A stretch of DNA of 64,000 bases from NCBI RefSeq assembly GCF_009914755.1, contig NC_060928.1. The stretch is one strand, 5' to 3'. A program made the position numbers and the translations under genes. Each line of letters opens with the position of its first letter. The stretch's first letter is position 1. Shown piece after piece: positions 43,752 through 59,577 of the stretch. Source of the stretch: the human T2T-CHM13v2.0 reference genome, Homo sapiens. The notes below the pieces were generated by a model that was given only the letters and a program-made list of their open reading frames with translations, did no database searches and was not told the DNA's origin.

Positions 43752-43955
43752 ATGGTGGGCGCCCCTCCCCCAGCCTCACTGCTGCCTTGCAGTTTGATCT
43801 CAGACTGCTGTGCTAGAAATGAGCAAGGGTCCGTGGGCGTAGGACCCTCTGAGCCATGCGCGGGATATAATCTCCTGGTGTGCCGTTTGCTAAGACCATT
43901 GGAAAAGCACAGTATTAGGGTGGGAGTGACCCGATTTTCCAGGTGCCATCTGTGA
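43752..43955 (+). CDS. L1 ORF0 (primate antisense ORF of the L1 5' UTR), 67 aa
   Basis: MVGAPPPASLLPCSLISDCC...IRVGVTRFSRC closely matches ORF0; ATG in strong Kozak context GCAATGG; expression unknown. Confidence 0.6.
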   Translation: MVGAPPPASLLPCSLISDCCARNEQGSVGVGPSEPCAGYNLLVCRLLRPLEKHSIRVGVTRFSRCHL

Positions 43956-44183
43956 CCCCTTTCTTTGACTAGGAAAGGGAATTCCCTGACCCTTTGTACT
44001 TCCCAGGTGAGACAATGCCTCGCCCTGCTTCAGCTCAGGCTCGGTGTGCTACATCCACTGTCCTGCACCCACTTTCTAACACTCCCCAGTGAGATGAACC
44101 CGGTACCTCAGTTGGAACTGCAGAAATCACCCGTCTTCTGCGTCGCTCACGCTGGGAGCTGTAGACTGGAGCTGTTCCTATTT

Positions 44184-44193
44184 GGCCATCTTG
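44184..44193 (-). promoter_or_regulatory. YY1 site of the L1 sense promoter
   Basis: CAAGATGGCC intact, about 11-20 nt from the L1 5' end. Confidence 0.8.
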
Positions 44194-45179
44194 GCTCCAC
44201 CTCGGGAGGTTATCTTTTTACTAGGGAGACAGCAGAGTCAGAGTAAGCAAATTGTGACAGAAGCAGAGAGACAGACTTTTGAAGATGCTACACTGCTGAC
44301 CTTGAAGATGAAGGGTGGGGCCATGATTCAAGGAGTGTGGGCAGCTTTTAGAAGCTAGAAAAGGTAAGCTGAACTCTCTTCTGGGGCCTCCAGAAGGAAC
44401 TCAGCCTTGCCAACACCTTTATTTTAGCCTGTAAGGCATATTTCAGACTTTTGAACTACAGAATTGTGAGATAATAAGTTTGCATTGTTCTGAGCCACTA
44501 TATTTTTGGAAATTTGGTATAGCAGTGATAGGAAGCAAATGCACCATGGCTACCGAAGTAAAAACTCTACATTTTGAAACCTTTATTATTTCTCCAAATA
44601 AGTCTGGATGAACAACTCCAAGGATGGAAGAATAATTTTACCTATTACAACCTGGTAGTTGGAGAAAAGACTTGGTGAGTGGAGGCGATCTAGACCTTCC
44701 AACAGGTAAGAAAACTTCAAAATTGCTAGTTCTTGTGACATCCCAGGTGGGCCACAGCAGACAGCTTCATTCAAGGGAGTTACTGAATTATAAAGGTGAA
44801 AATTGGTTAGAATTGGCCTATTTCCTTTGGAAGTATTCATAAACGATTCCATTTCAGGTCTAGTTTTTCTTTCTACTCTAGGAATATGGCCACAATTGCC
44901 TGAGGAAGGGGCATGAATAAGATGGTATTGAAAGGAGATATGAAATAATTCTCTCCTGAGTTCAGTAGAGAATTAATCCCACTTTTCTGTAAAATCAATA
45001 TGATTTGTCTCTGTCAGTAAAGGGATGGCTATTAGCAATAGAGTGTTCTTTAGGTGGAACAATAGAGATCAACTGCGCACAAAAAAATGGCAATGGATGG
45101 ACATTGGATAGCTTTCAATGGGGCTTTTTCTCTCTAGGTTTCAGTCGAATTTTGCTGTAAGTTAAAAGAGAAACCCTAT

Positions 45180-45415
45180 TATAGGTCAGGTTCTAGGGGG
45201 TTGTATCCCCACACTGACTACTTACTGGCTGTGGGGCTGCCCTATGGGAAATTGCTTAATTTGGGGTGAGGCAGGTCCCTTCTGTTGAGGGTAGTGCCCA
45301 GGGAGGGACTCAGCTGTGAACCAGTGACAGCTGGATCATCCAGGCAGCTGGGGAAAAAAGTGCCTCAAAGTGGGGAGCTGGGAGGAGCTGGGAGGTGTAC
45401 TCAGTGTTCTTACAG
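45180..45415 (-). mobile_element. LTR16-like ERVL LTR fragment
   Basis: GC-rich island with gagggactcagctgtgaacca...gcagctgggga motifs. Confidence 0.55.
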
Positions 45416-48400
45416 ACCCCTGGATGCATGTAGATAAGGGTAAAGCAGAGACATGGGATCAGCACCGAGTAGAGCTCTTAATTGGATTCCAGAAAGATAG
45501 ATTTAGAGGTTCTATGCCATTGGCTTTGCGAAAGTTACTTGGTCAATTAATTAGTTCCATTGCTCTCTAGGTTTCAGTTGAATGACCCTTTCCATTGCTT
45601 CTACATCACGATAATGGTGAAAAACAGAGAATTATAATAGTTGAAAGTCAAAGATAAGCCTTATTCTAAATCTCATTTTTCAACTTTGTTGAAAAACATT
45701 TTCACATGCCTCGTTACCTTTACCCTCTTGGAACATTTTCATCTCTACATTTTTTGGGGTTTACCCTGATGGAAATGTATTAAAGCAAAATAATCGTGCA
45801 AAGTTGGTGGCAGAAAGGAAAATAAGCACAATTAAAGGACTTGGATTCAGTGAACCATGTGTTTATGGAACCTCTACTAGGTTCAGACCAAAAATATATA
45901 TTCAACTATTTATTTTAGATGATAGACTATCCAGAGATTAAGTAATCTACTTTTTAAACAAGGGTAGACATCAGGATTGGGCTAATGGTACATTTTTAAA
46001 AGGCAGGAGTTTTTCTTTGGAAATTCTTTATCCCTACAAGTTACTCTTAGTTTGTTACTGTTGGTGAAAAGATTATCTTCCTCTATAACTTAAGCAACAT
46101 TGTGAGAACTACTGAAGGTAGATTGTAGCTTAATTACATGAAGTTACCAGTCTTTCTATATGTTTTTTTTCAGCCCTTGTTAACACCAGTTACTAGTCTT
46201 CCTTATTTTCCCCAGCACACTTTTCTACATTTTACAAATATCAGTCCCACTTACTGTATCTTCATTATTAATTCATTTAACTTCTGTCACAAGGAGATCA
46301 AGCATTTATTCCTTTTTGAACATTCACTTCCCTACACGCTTAGAAATATTTTACTGACAGCAATGGCTACCTCCATGGAGCCTGTGTAAACACGAGTTTA
46401 TGGGCTGCTGTGCAGGCACCTTTGGTGATTTACTTTCTGGTTATTGGGATTTATTTATTTTTTGATGGACTGGTAAATTATGAGGCTGTGGACCTTGCCA
46501 AGTTTTCAGGTATCAACTCAGCCCTGCTGGAAAAACTGTGGTTGGCACTGCAACACAGAGAATGACCAATGAGGCATCATATATTTTTAATAGATATATG
46601 TTTTAATAAACATTCTCCTCCTAAAGCAATGGATTTTAAAATAGGCTTTTGCCTTGAGCCATGTAGCTACCCAGCTGTGAGTTTTATAAGGCAACAATCT
46701 CCACATCATTAGATGTTGTGACTAATATTCCAGCAACTGAAATAATAGCTATTTACATGCACATAAAAAGTTAAAATGACATTTAAGGTGCACTTCTACT
46801 CAGAAAAGTATGCTTATAAAAGCAATGCCACAAGTTTCTCCTTCATGTTCCTTCTATTGACTTGTAAAGATCCCTTGCAAAGCAAAAGGTAGCTTAGAAG
46901 TCTTGTTCCAGACAGACACCTGGGGACCCTTCAAACTTGAGAGCAAGGTAGGATAGCCTCTAACCTCGAATCCCACTGCCCTTTAGGGTTCTAAGCTTCT
47001 TGAAGATTTCTGCTGATTTCATTGTGCTTGTGGTCTGTTCCTGCCTTTGCAGAGGCTTTGCTATTTTCACTTCAATTCACTGTTTTGCTCCTTTATTTGT
47101 TTCCGTATGAAATTCACTCACATCAAACATTTAGTGAGTTTGTTGTGGATTTTAGTGGCAAGTCACTTTGTGCTCCTTACAGCATTCTGCCAGTTCTCTG
47201 GCCCCACCTGCTCCTGCTCCCCACCCCTGCTTTATCTTCCTCTCGTTGTTAGAAAGACAAACACATTTTTCTTTCCTTGTCATATTCAGAGCATAGCCTA
47301 GTACCCTGAGGTCTCATATTCTATTCCAAGTACTTATCAAGGTGTCCCTTACACCCCACAACAAAGAATCTGGTGCCAACTTTAAGTATAAAATTATTTT
47401 CCCATCTCATTATAGGACTGAAGACTTATTTTCTATTCCTACTAAGTATTTTGATCACAGGCATGCACCTGTTATGTGAACACGGGTGGGAACTTTCTTC
47501 TGAACTTTCTCCTGATATTCCTGTCTTCTGGGCAGGTGAAGAAAAGAAGCAAGCAAGGAAGAATAGCATTAATAAGAAGCTCAGGATGGACAACTGTTTT
47601 AGAGGGGGAAATGTTGGCATATCAGTTTCCGCTCTCTGGTGCAACATGAGAACGTGCAATCAAGAGAAGAATTTGCCTCTATTCAATCTACCTGGCTCAA
47701 TCCCAGAACCATGCAGTCCAACCTCATCTATTTTTTGACCTGTAAATCTCTATTATTCAAACGACAACTAGGCAGCCACGTTCTTTTTCCCTTGCTATTT
47801 TGGCCTATTACATAAAAACTTTGGCCTTTGGAAATATGGAACAGATTAATTTTCTCTCCTCCCTCCACTTCTCACTTCTCCTAGGTGGTCTGTCCTATTA
47901 GAAGAATGAACAGTGTATTTGACTCTGCCTCTGCTGAGTTTTCTTTAAATAAAATATTTGAATATAGCTTAAATATCTGTTGAATTTATGATTGTATTAA
48001 AGGTAATTTATTTCCTGAACTGAATCTTGTTTTAGTTACATAATCTAGAAGACTACTTGATATGAATTTTATTTAAAAATCATTTTAAAAATAATAACTT
48101 GGACTTCAGTGGATTCTCTCATACAGTAGTATTTAGAAGATTTAGGTATTTCCCCATCTCTGGATAACATGGAAAAAACTGTCTCAAGCTTCTTCAAAGC
48201 TGTTATTCACCTCAAACTATAATTTTGGGAGTTTGCAGAATCACATTCTTTTAGGTTCATTGCAATTTGAGTGAATCTGATGGAATTTTCTTTCATCCAG
48301 TTCTATATTCTAATTTTAATCTGAATTTCAAATTTAAATAGTCTGCCCCCAACCTGTACTCCACACCTTCCATGGTATGCATAAGTTCCTGAAAGGACTG

Positions 48401-48579
48401 AGACTGGGTCTCCTTTATCTCTTTCCCCATTGTAGCCTTGCCTGTTACAGGTACAGTGAATTATTTCTCTGTTAATTTGATAAGAAAGCATTAGCCTCTG
48501 AAACAGTTTCATGCAGTTGATGGTTGGTACAGAAGAAAATATGGAGTGAGCTCCAAATCTCCAGACTCATACTGATACT

Positions 48580-48647
48580 AATATATATATATACACACAC
48601 ATATATATTATATGTAATATATATGTGTATATATAATATATGTAATA

Positions 48648-48683
<36 letters not shown>
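48580..48683. repeat. (TA)n-rich microsatellite
   Basis: Seen directly. Confidence 0.92.
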
Positions 48684-48684
<1 letters not shown>

Positions 48685-50749
48685 GAGGCATCCAAGAATT
48701 TGGACTTCCTTGTGTAATTATTATGTGAGTATCATTGCACACATCTCTTGCTCCTTAGTCATTTAAAATTACTAGGGCATTTTACAAAGAATGGGGGGAA
48801 ACCAGATAACTTCTTATTTCTCTATAGTTTTATTAATATTAATGAAACAGCATGAAAGAGTTGCTTAAAGAGCAGTGAGACAGACACTGAGTACCAAGAA
48901 AATACACTTGCCTTCTTGTGGACATGTAACTCTCATATGAGTGAATCTGGTTGTTTCAAAAACAAAGAGATATTTCTTGTGATTTGATTTCTCTCCCATC
49001 TTGTCTGTAGGAATCGCAGGATTCATAACAGAATCATCCTAGCATATGCTTTTTCCTTCAGTGTTTTGATACCGAAAGGAATACTGAGTTGCCTTGTACC
49101 GTGTTTGCACAGCATGCCCTCAGCTTCAGCTGAAGTCTTGAAAGACTTTGCGGGTTATGACATTCCCCTAAATGTGCTGAGCTTTCTTTAACCTTTCATA
49201 AAACATTGTGATCTTTATGGACTGTATCATATTGTGCAGTAATGTGCTTTATCGTCCACAGAATAAGCTTTTCTTAAAGATAATTGGAAAGCTGGAAATG
49301 GCTGCTATCGGCTGATTTTTTAAAAATACATTATTTCTGAAATGGGGCTGGTGTAATAATGACCCTATCTGTTCAAGATTTAAGATTTGTCTTGGCAGAG
49401 AAAATTGATCCATTTCACCTTTGTCTAATGGAAATTTTTATCTAGGATTATCTGTTTATGTAAATGAATGTTCCTCTGAAAAGGGAACTTGAGGGGGCTG
49501 TAAATCTTGGTGACACTTCAGTTTCATAGGGGAGAAATTGGAAAGGATTCTAGTATTTATCTGCCTGAAATTGGTTATAAAAACAAAGTTGTCTTCATGT
49601 ACCTGCAGCATCTGATGTTTCCTTGAATTTCATTATATTTTTGAATAATTCAGTGCTATAGAAAGAATGCTGTTTCTGTATTACCTCATTCAGAAGTTGT
49701 TTTTACTTTTTCTATTTTCTGGTTGCTTTCTAATGCTGACATTATAGAGGAGGAGAAGCTTTTGCTTACCCATTCTTTTAGGGATGAGATGTTTTTATCT
49801 GCATAATCTTAATAGTCTTCAGCTATTGTAGGCTCATTATCTACAGTTATATGCAATGTATTAGCAGAATATCCATCATTTCTCCTTTTTAAAAAACATA
49901 GCTTATATAAATTCTGATCTTAGTATCAGAATTGCTCTACATTGAAAATAAATAATTTTTTTAAGGTAATTTTTTGACCAAGCTTAATCCGGAAGCTTAA
50001 TTTGGAAGTTGTAAGGTGATAACTTTGAAAAGTCAGCAGTGTCTGACAAATTCTTTTTCTCCAAGTCAAAGGGAAAGTGGAGAGTAAGATCAACCCACTT
50101 AAATGTCAGCTAATTAGAGAAAACAAAGTGAGGCAAAAAAAAATCATTTGCATTAACTTTCTTGAAGAAAGGTATAATTTCTTTATAGAGACCACTAACT
50201 TTATTACCTGGTAACTATCAGAATTACACTGTTTTCATGTTTCTCTTGCAGCTACTTGCTTGGAAGTTTCTCCCCTTTACCAATATTTGAGCTATTTCAC
50301 CAGGATTTAAAAAAAAAGTTAGCAATATGTTGCATTCCAAAGATGACATGAATGTAATTATTTAGCTGTGTGACATTAGGACTGAAAATTGGTAAGAACT
50401 TTGATTTTTGCAGCATGATTCCATTCATAAGAAGGGGTAGAAAGGCTACAACAAGGAGTGGTGCTTGCTGCCTGGAATATTCTTATAAAAGTCATATTTG
50501 GACATCCATATTCAGGATGATCATCACAGCTTTCTGTTAGTATTAAATAGACATGAACAACAAGTATGGTACAAAATCATCTCTATTTTCCAGAAGATTG
50601 AAGGGAAATGTAGCAGTATGGGATAGAAGACAGGGCACAGGACTGGAAATGAGACCTGGATCTGGCAGACTGGAGAATTGTGTGACCATGGAAGGGTCAC
50701 GGCAGCTTCATGAACCCTTGACTCCTCATCCTTAGGATGAAAATTGAAC

Positions 50750-51000
50750 TTATGCCAAAACGAAATGTGCTGTGAGGAGTCAGAATGGTGGTTACCTTGG
50801 AGGAAGGAAGTGACAGGAGAGGTGTTAGTAGCTGTAGGGCTTCTGGGATGCTGACAATGGTCTCTTTCTTTTGGGCAATATTCACACAGGTGTGTTCACC
50901 ATGTGAAAACTCCTCAAGCTGTATGTACCTTACGATCTAGGTACTTTTCTAAATGTATATTAAATTATTATGTATAATATTCAGTTCAATTAAAAAGTTG
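50750..51000 (+). mobile_element. L1ME-type 3' end, apparently inserted in a MIR (50600-51060)
   Basis: agtcagaatggtggttacctt...ggcttctgggatgctgacaatg...tcaagctgta. Confidence 0.65.
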
Positions 51001-51644
51001 CCTCAAATGCCTGCTTGTTATAAGATCACTGGGGGAAACTGTGTTTGAAATTATTTTAAAAAATAACATGCATTCCAATGTTAGGTATAAACCTCTGCAA
51101 AAATGTGTAGCTTTTTCAATAGGGATCACATATATTGCTTTCTGCAAAGGTCTCTAATCTGACCTTTTGTTACTATTTTTCTTTTTATTGTTTGTTTCAG
51201 CACAATTATGAATATCCAATAAGTTTATATTCTACTTATACATAATAAACTCTATTATATTTAGAGCACTGGTTAAGAAAAAAAGGCTCCCAGATACAAT
51301 CAGATGCATAGCATCTCAAACTAAGTGCCATTATCACAAACCGAACCTTTTAAAATATTTTCGTCTGTGTGGAAGTTACACTGAACCCTGATCATTCATT
51401 CCAGCATTCACTCAGTAGCTTTTAAGGACATAGAAGAAAACAAACTTTAATTGCTTCTGTACTGACTCCCAAGCTGCTCACTATGTTTCTTACTCAGAGC
51501 ACTGAATGTTCTTAAATGGTTCTAACGTTCTCTCGGCATGCCTCAAGTGTCTTTGGCTCTTTACTCCTTCCTGTCTCTGTAGAATGGCCTGGAACTGCAT
51601 TTTGAATAAGGGGCAGAAAGAACTTTGTCTGCAGGGCCAATGAC

Positions 51645-51658
51645 GTGTGTGTGTGTGC

Positions 51659-51693
<35 letters not shown>

Positions 51694-51772
51694 CGTGTGT
51701 GCGTGTGTGTGTGTATGTGTGCGCGTGTGTGCGCGCACGTGTGTGCGTGTGTTTGTGTGTGTGTGTGTGTGT
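51645..51772. repeat. Compound (TG)n/(CG)n microsatellite
   Basis: 128 bp of almost uninterrupted purine-pyrimidine alternation. Confidence 0.95.
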
Positions 51773-52749
51773 AGGAATGGGGTGGGGTGCTGGGCTTCAG
51801 GGCTTGGGCAGGTGGAACAAATTTTGGGGACCTTGATTCTGAATGTCAGTCCAAATCTTGTTTCATATCTCTGTTTAAAGCCTGTTTTTTTTTTCCTTCT
51901 TTTCTTTTTCTTTTTTGTAGCTACAGAAAAACTCTCCCTCAGCAGTCCTGACTATTGACTGTCTAATCTCAGTATCTAAATTGATTGCAAGCACTATATG
52001 CTGGTAAATCTACATTTTCCCAACTGTTGAAGAGAGAACTGTTTCTCAGCATAGATCCAGAATTCAAGAGATAAATTTCAAAACCTGAGCTCTCAGCTTC
52101 CCTTATCTGCAACCTGAGCCACATTAAAGAATGGGCTGAAACATATTTTCTCATTAAGAACAGAGAGATAATAATAGCTGCACTCTCCTTCATCAGGGTT
52201 GTTGTCAGGATTTAATGAGAGAATGCATGCTAAAATGTTTTGACAACTGTAAACTGCTTTGCAAAGTTAAGAAATTAATAAATAGGACTTTTATGCTTCA
52301 TACAACCTTTTCAGACATCTATTTCAAATCCAACCTTGTAATTGTAAAGACAAAAAAAGTACAACACTTCAGTTTTTATATCAATGTTAAAAAGTAACTC
52401 TGCAATAAAAATAGTTACAGAATTGATATGTCCTAATGAAAGGAACACCATCATTTAAATATTTAAATATACAAAAACATAAATGATAAATATTTGAATT
52501 ACTGAAGAGTGCTTTACTTTACAAATAAACAGCAATCCTCCTCCCTCAGTATATTTAAAATTATTTCAGTATATATGTGTCATATGAAGCTACTACTACA
52601 TACTTAGATTTGTTACTCTGAAGAAATATAAAGCCATGATACTTCCCAGGAACATGGCAGAAATGTCAGGCTTTCAGGAGCCAGGCTAAAATAGCAGGTT
52701 GTGGCTAAGCTAGAGCTCCTCAAGGACAGTGACTCTCTACTGTTTATCT

Positions 52750-52950
52750 GTATGAGATAGGGTAATGCAGAGGGAGACAAGAGTTTCTGCAGCAGGCAGA
52801 CCTGGTGTTGAGTTTGGCTTTACTGCTTTTTATTGGTGGTTCCAGGCACATAACTAAGCTCCATTTTCCATAGCAGCAAAATAGGAATGCTAGCACTGAC
52901 CTATCACCGTTGTGAGAACTTGCTGAGACCTCGGTAAAGAGTCAGCTTAT
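52750..52950 (+). mobile_element. MIR
   Basis: gcaggcagacctggtgttgagtttggctttactgc and degenerate core. Confidence 0.55.
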
Positions 52951-54899
52951 TATAAATGGAACAATGAGTTCCCTTCTCCCTACCCACAACCTCAGAGTCC
53001 AATGTTGGGTCTGAAGGGATCCAATAAAAGAATACCACCTTTTCCTGCCTGAGAACCGATTCAGAGCCAATTGCACAATAAATGTGTGTGTGTATATGCA
53101 TGTGCATATAAAGTTTATATGTAAGTATATAAACTTTATTACTAACACAAACTGGCTTGGGGGAGATGACTTACATATGCAGTAACAATGAACTTCTTAA
53201 TATAGCATCCCAGAATTAGACTGAACACTCTGTCACAGACAGTACTAACCAGCCGTAGGCTTCCCATGTGGGTGCCTGCACTTGTAAACTTAGGGTGCTG
53301 AGAAGAAGAGAGTGTTGGTTCTCCTTGGCCAGCAAGCTCTCAGGAGGGAGACTGGAAGGGGCTAAGCTGCTCATGTTTCATTTCTCCTTCCAAACTCATC
53401 GGTTGGATAAATAACCTCACCTCCCTTGAGAAGTGAGAGAGCAGCAGCAGGAGGCTGGGGATGTTACGCTAATGGATGCATCCCTACTGGGAAGGAAATG
53501 TCAGCTGAGAAGATCAGGATTTCCCTCAACACCCAGCACAGCACGCATGGTGCATGTTTGATGGATAAATGTGTTTGTCCATCTAACAAAACTTCGTTTT
53601 GCTACCTACCTGAGGGCAATCATTTCAGGCAGTACAGAGCGCTTTGGATTCTGGTTCTCTCATCTGTGGGACAGATCATCCCAGTTCATGTGCATGTTAG
53701 ATCACCATAATCAGCACCATCAACGCCTGATTTGAAGCCAGGTATTTCCTAGTGGTGGGCTATAGGTTGGGGTATGGCTTAGTACCGTCAACTTGCCTTT
53801 CAAGGTACCATTGTTCATTAGTTGTCAATGTTACTAAACCATTTAGTGATCTCATTTGCCACACTAGCTAATCTAATGCAGAGATGTCTATTTTGGCCAC
53901 AAAAGGATGAAGAGATGCTTTACTGAAATCCAGGTATGCTATAGAACAGAGTCAGTTTGGCGTAATGGAAAGTTCAGAGGTAAATCCCAGCCCTGCCATC
54001 ACTTAAAATTTAAGTTTTAAATACAAATTTAGGTAACAAGTTTCACTTCTTGTGATAACTAAGAGCATGTTTTTATCTCAAAAGCAACCTGTAAAAATCA
54101 CACAAAATTTTGACCTGCTTTTTCACTGTCCACAGAGACTTGTGGACAAATGTAATTGTAAGCACATGTGTATCTGTACTCTCTAGACATGGACGAAGCA
54201 AAGACCCAGACAAGCTTCGTGATAAATCAGAACTTAAAAGGAACAGCAGGGATGCTAGAGGCTAGTCTGAGTGGGAGAAACATACTCTGCATGAACTCTT
54301 AATTTTCATCAGCCATGCTGAGAACAAAGTCACTGCCAACCGGTTAAATCTAAAATACATAAGTATTATGTGCTTGGTAGAGTAGAAAAGTCATGCATTA
54401 AAGTAATAAACCTAACATATTTGTCACCCCAAATGAAAAAGGCATACTCCTTTGAGGTTTCCCAGGTTGGAAAGATCAGAGAGCTTTATGTTAGTCAGTG
54501 TTGCCTCAGTGCAACTTTCTTCAGTGATAGGAGGCACAGCCTGGATGGTTTTTGGGAACCCATCCTACTTTGGAAGTTGATCCAATGTTCCCATGGCCGA
54601 GTTTTCCTTAGAATGCCCTTTGAAGTGTAAAGGGGGCACAGAGACACCAGGGAAAAGGAGAGAGGTCACAAAGTGTCTGTTGATTTCTCTTTTTTTCCCC
54701 TACTTCCCAAATCCTAGGGAAGACTCATCATCTGACATCTACATTATGCAAGTTATAGCTTTTCTTCTATTTGGTGTACTCTGCTTACAGCTGTTCCTGA
54801 GTTTTCTACGTCATGGTGTAAAGTGACTCCCTGTTGTCTACTTATCAAATGCAACATCTCTGGATTTCAAATCACTCGTAATCTGGTCACCCCCTCTTA

Positions 54900-57900
<3,001 letters not shown>

Positions 57901-57926
57901 GCTGTCTTCCCAGTTAGGATATATGA

Positions 57927-58401
57927 TGTAGGGATATATGTCAAGGTATGTTTTAACCTCACTTGTAATAGTTCTTCCTGGTGAGGTTTTTGTGGCCATT
58001 CCTTAAACATGAGATGGATCTCCACCCAAAATTTGGTTTGGGTATTGGGACCAATAAAACTACGTGTACTCCAAGAGAATATAAAAAGGCTTACCACTCT
58101 CATTATGAAGCTTTTTGAGAGAGTAGAGCAGTCTTTCCAAGCTGGTCCAAAAATGACTTGAAAGAGTAAGGAGACTGGCTTGGAGTTTTGATGATGGTTG
58201 GAGAGTAGGCAGGTATAGGGGCTTCCATGCATGGGTAGGAGTTTGCAGGATTTAAACCTCCCACTGGTGCCAAAGAAGGAAGCATCTGAGCTTTTTTTGT
58301 CATTTGTCCAGATGTAGGGCAGATAGACAAGGGGGAGGAGTGAAGCTTAAAATATGTCAGCAGTCAAATACTTAACATATGGAGTCAGACTGTTTATTGC
58401 A
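57927..58401 (-). mobile_element. ERVL-class solo LTR (MER73/MER76-like)
   Basis: Reverse strand begins tgcaataaacagtctgactccat...tttgactgctgac. Confidence 0.6.
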
Positions 58402-59258
58402 AGGTTTATCCCACTAGATAGATATCAAATTATTTTATTTTAATTTTTTCATATTTTAAGACTAATTTTTGAGTATATTTAACTATCTTTTGAGAGTTCA
58501 TGAGTTATTTACAAGGAAAAAAATCAGACTGTCATCAGACTTTTCAGCAGCAAATACTCTGTCTTTTCAACATGTAACTTCAGGTCACCTGTTACTTCAA
58601 GAAATTTTTCTTGATTTATGGTTTTTAGTATTTGTTTCATTCCAATACTTTGGTTTTCTTTTCCAGAGTCTGCTATTATATTCATGTTGGATCATCTTTA
58701 CCTTTAAAAAACACCTAGCCTTTTAAAAAATCTCTTTATTTCCTTTTGATTTTTGACATTTTCATTCTTTCCATTTTCTATTAAGGCATTGCCAAATAGG
58801 ATTATTCACTCTTGTGTTCTTTAAAATTTAATTTTCTTTTCTAAAATCCTAAAATCTAAAAATGATAATTTTCTCTTTTATTTCTATTTTTTTCTAAAGT
58901 TCTGTTCCCTCTGTTTTCAAATGTTCCTTTCCATCAATGATTTCATATGTATTTTTTAAAAATTCCGATTTGTGTTTTTCAGTTATGCTTATGTCACTTA
59001 TCTTCATTCTTTTTGCTCTATTAAGGTTGCAGTTTTTACCTATTTTGTGAACACACCTTTCTGGCATGCTTTCAATTTTTGGAGGAGTGTTATTTTGATG
59101 ATGATTATTACTTTCATAAGTAACTTTGTGATAAATTTGAATATGACCCTTTACTGTTGCTCATTTTATGAGTTTTATCATAATTTTAAGAAAGAATGAT
59201 GAGCCAGGATACTTTTATTTAGGTCCACTGCTCTAGATCTCTCTCTTCTACTGTTTTC

Positions 59259-59577
59259 TTTTCTTTTTTCTTTTTTTCTTTTTTTTTTTTTTTTTTTTTA
59301 ATGAGACAGAGTCTGGCTGTGTCGCCTAGGCTGGAGTGCAGTGGCATGATCTTGGCTCATTGCAAGCTCTGCCTCCCAGGTTCACGCCATTCTCCTGCCT
59401 CAGCCTCCAAGTAGCTGGGACTACAGGCACCTGCCACCACGCCCTGCTAATTTTTTGTATTTTTAGTAGAGACAGGTTTCACCGTGTTAGCCAGGATGGT
59501 CTCGATCTCCTGACCTCGTGATTCCGCCTGCCTCGGCCTCCCAAAGTGCTGGGATTACATAAGCCACTGCACCCGGC
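59259..59577 (-). mobile_element. AluY
   Basis: gcaagctctgcc, ttagccaggatggtctcgatctcctgacctcgtg; 16-bp TSD ctcttcta[c/g]tgttttc. Confidence 0.93.

Noticed and set aside
49900-49923. Short inverted repeat aattctgat...atcagaatt
   Set aside because: 9-bp AT-rich arms are expected by chance in 64 kb
51490-51958. His-Thr and Cys-Val ORFs
   Set aside because: Translations of the (TG)n microsatellite
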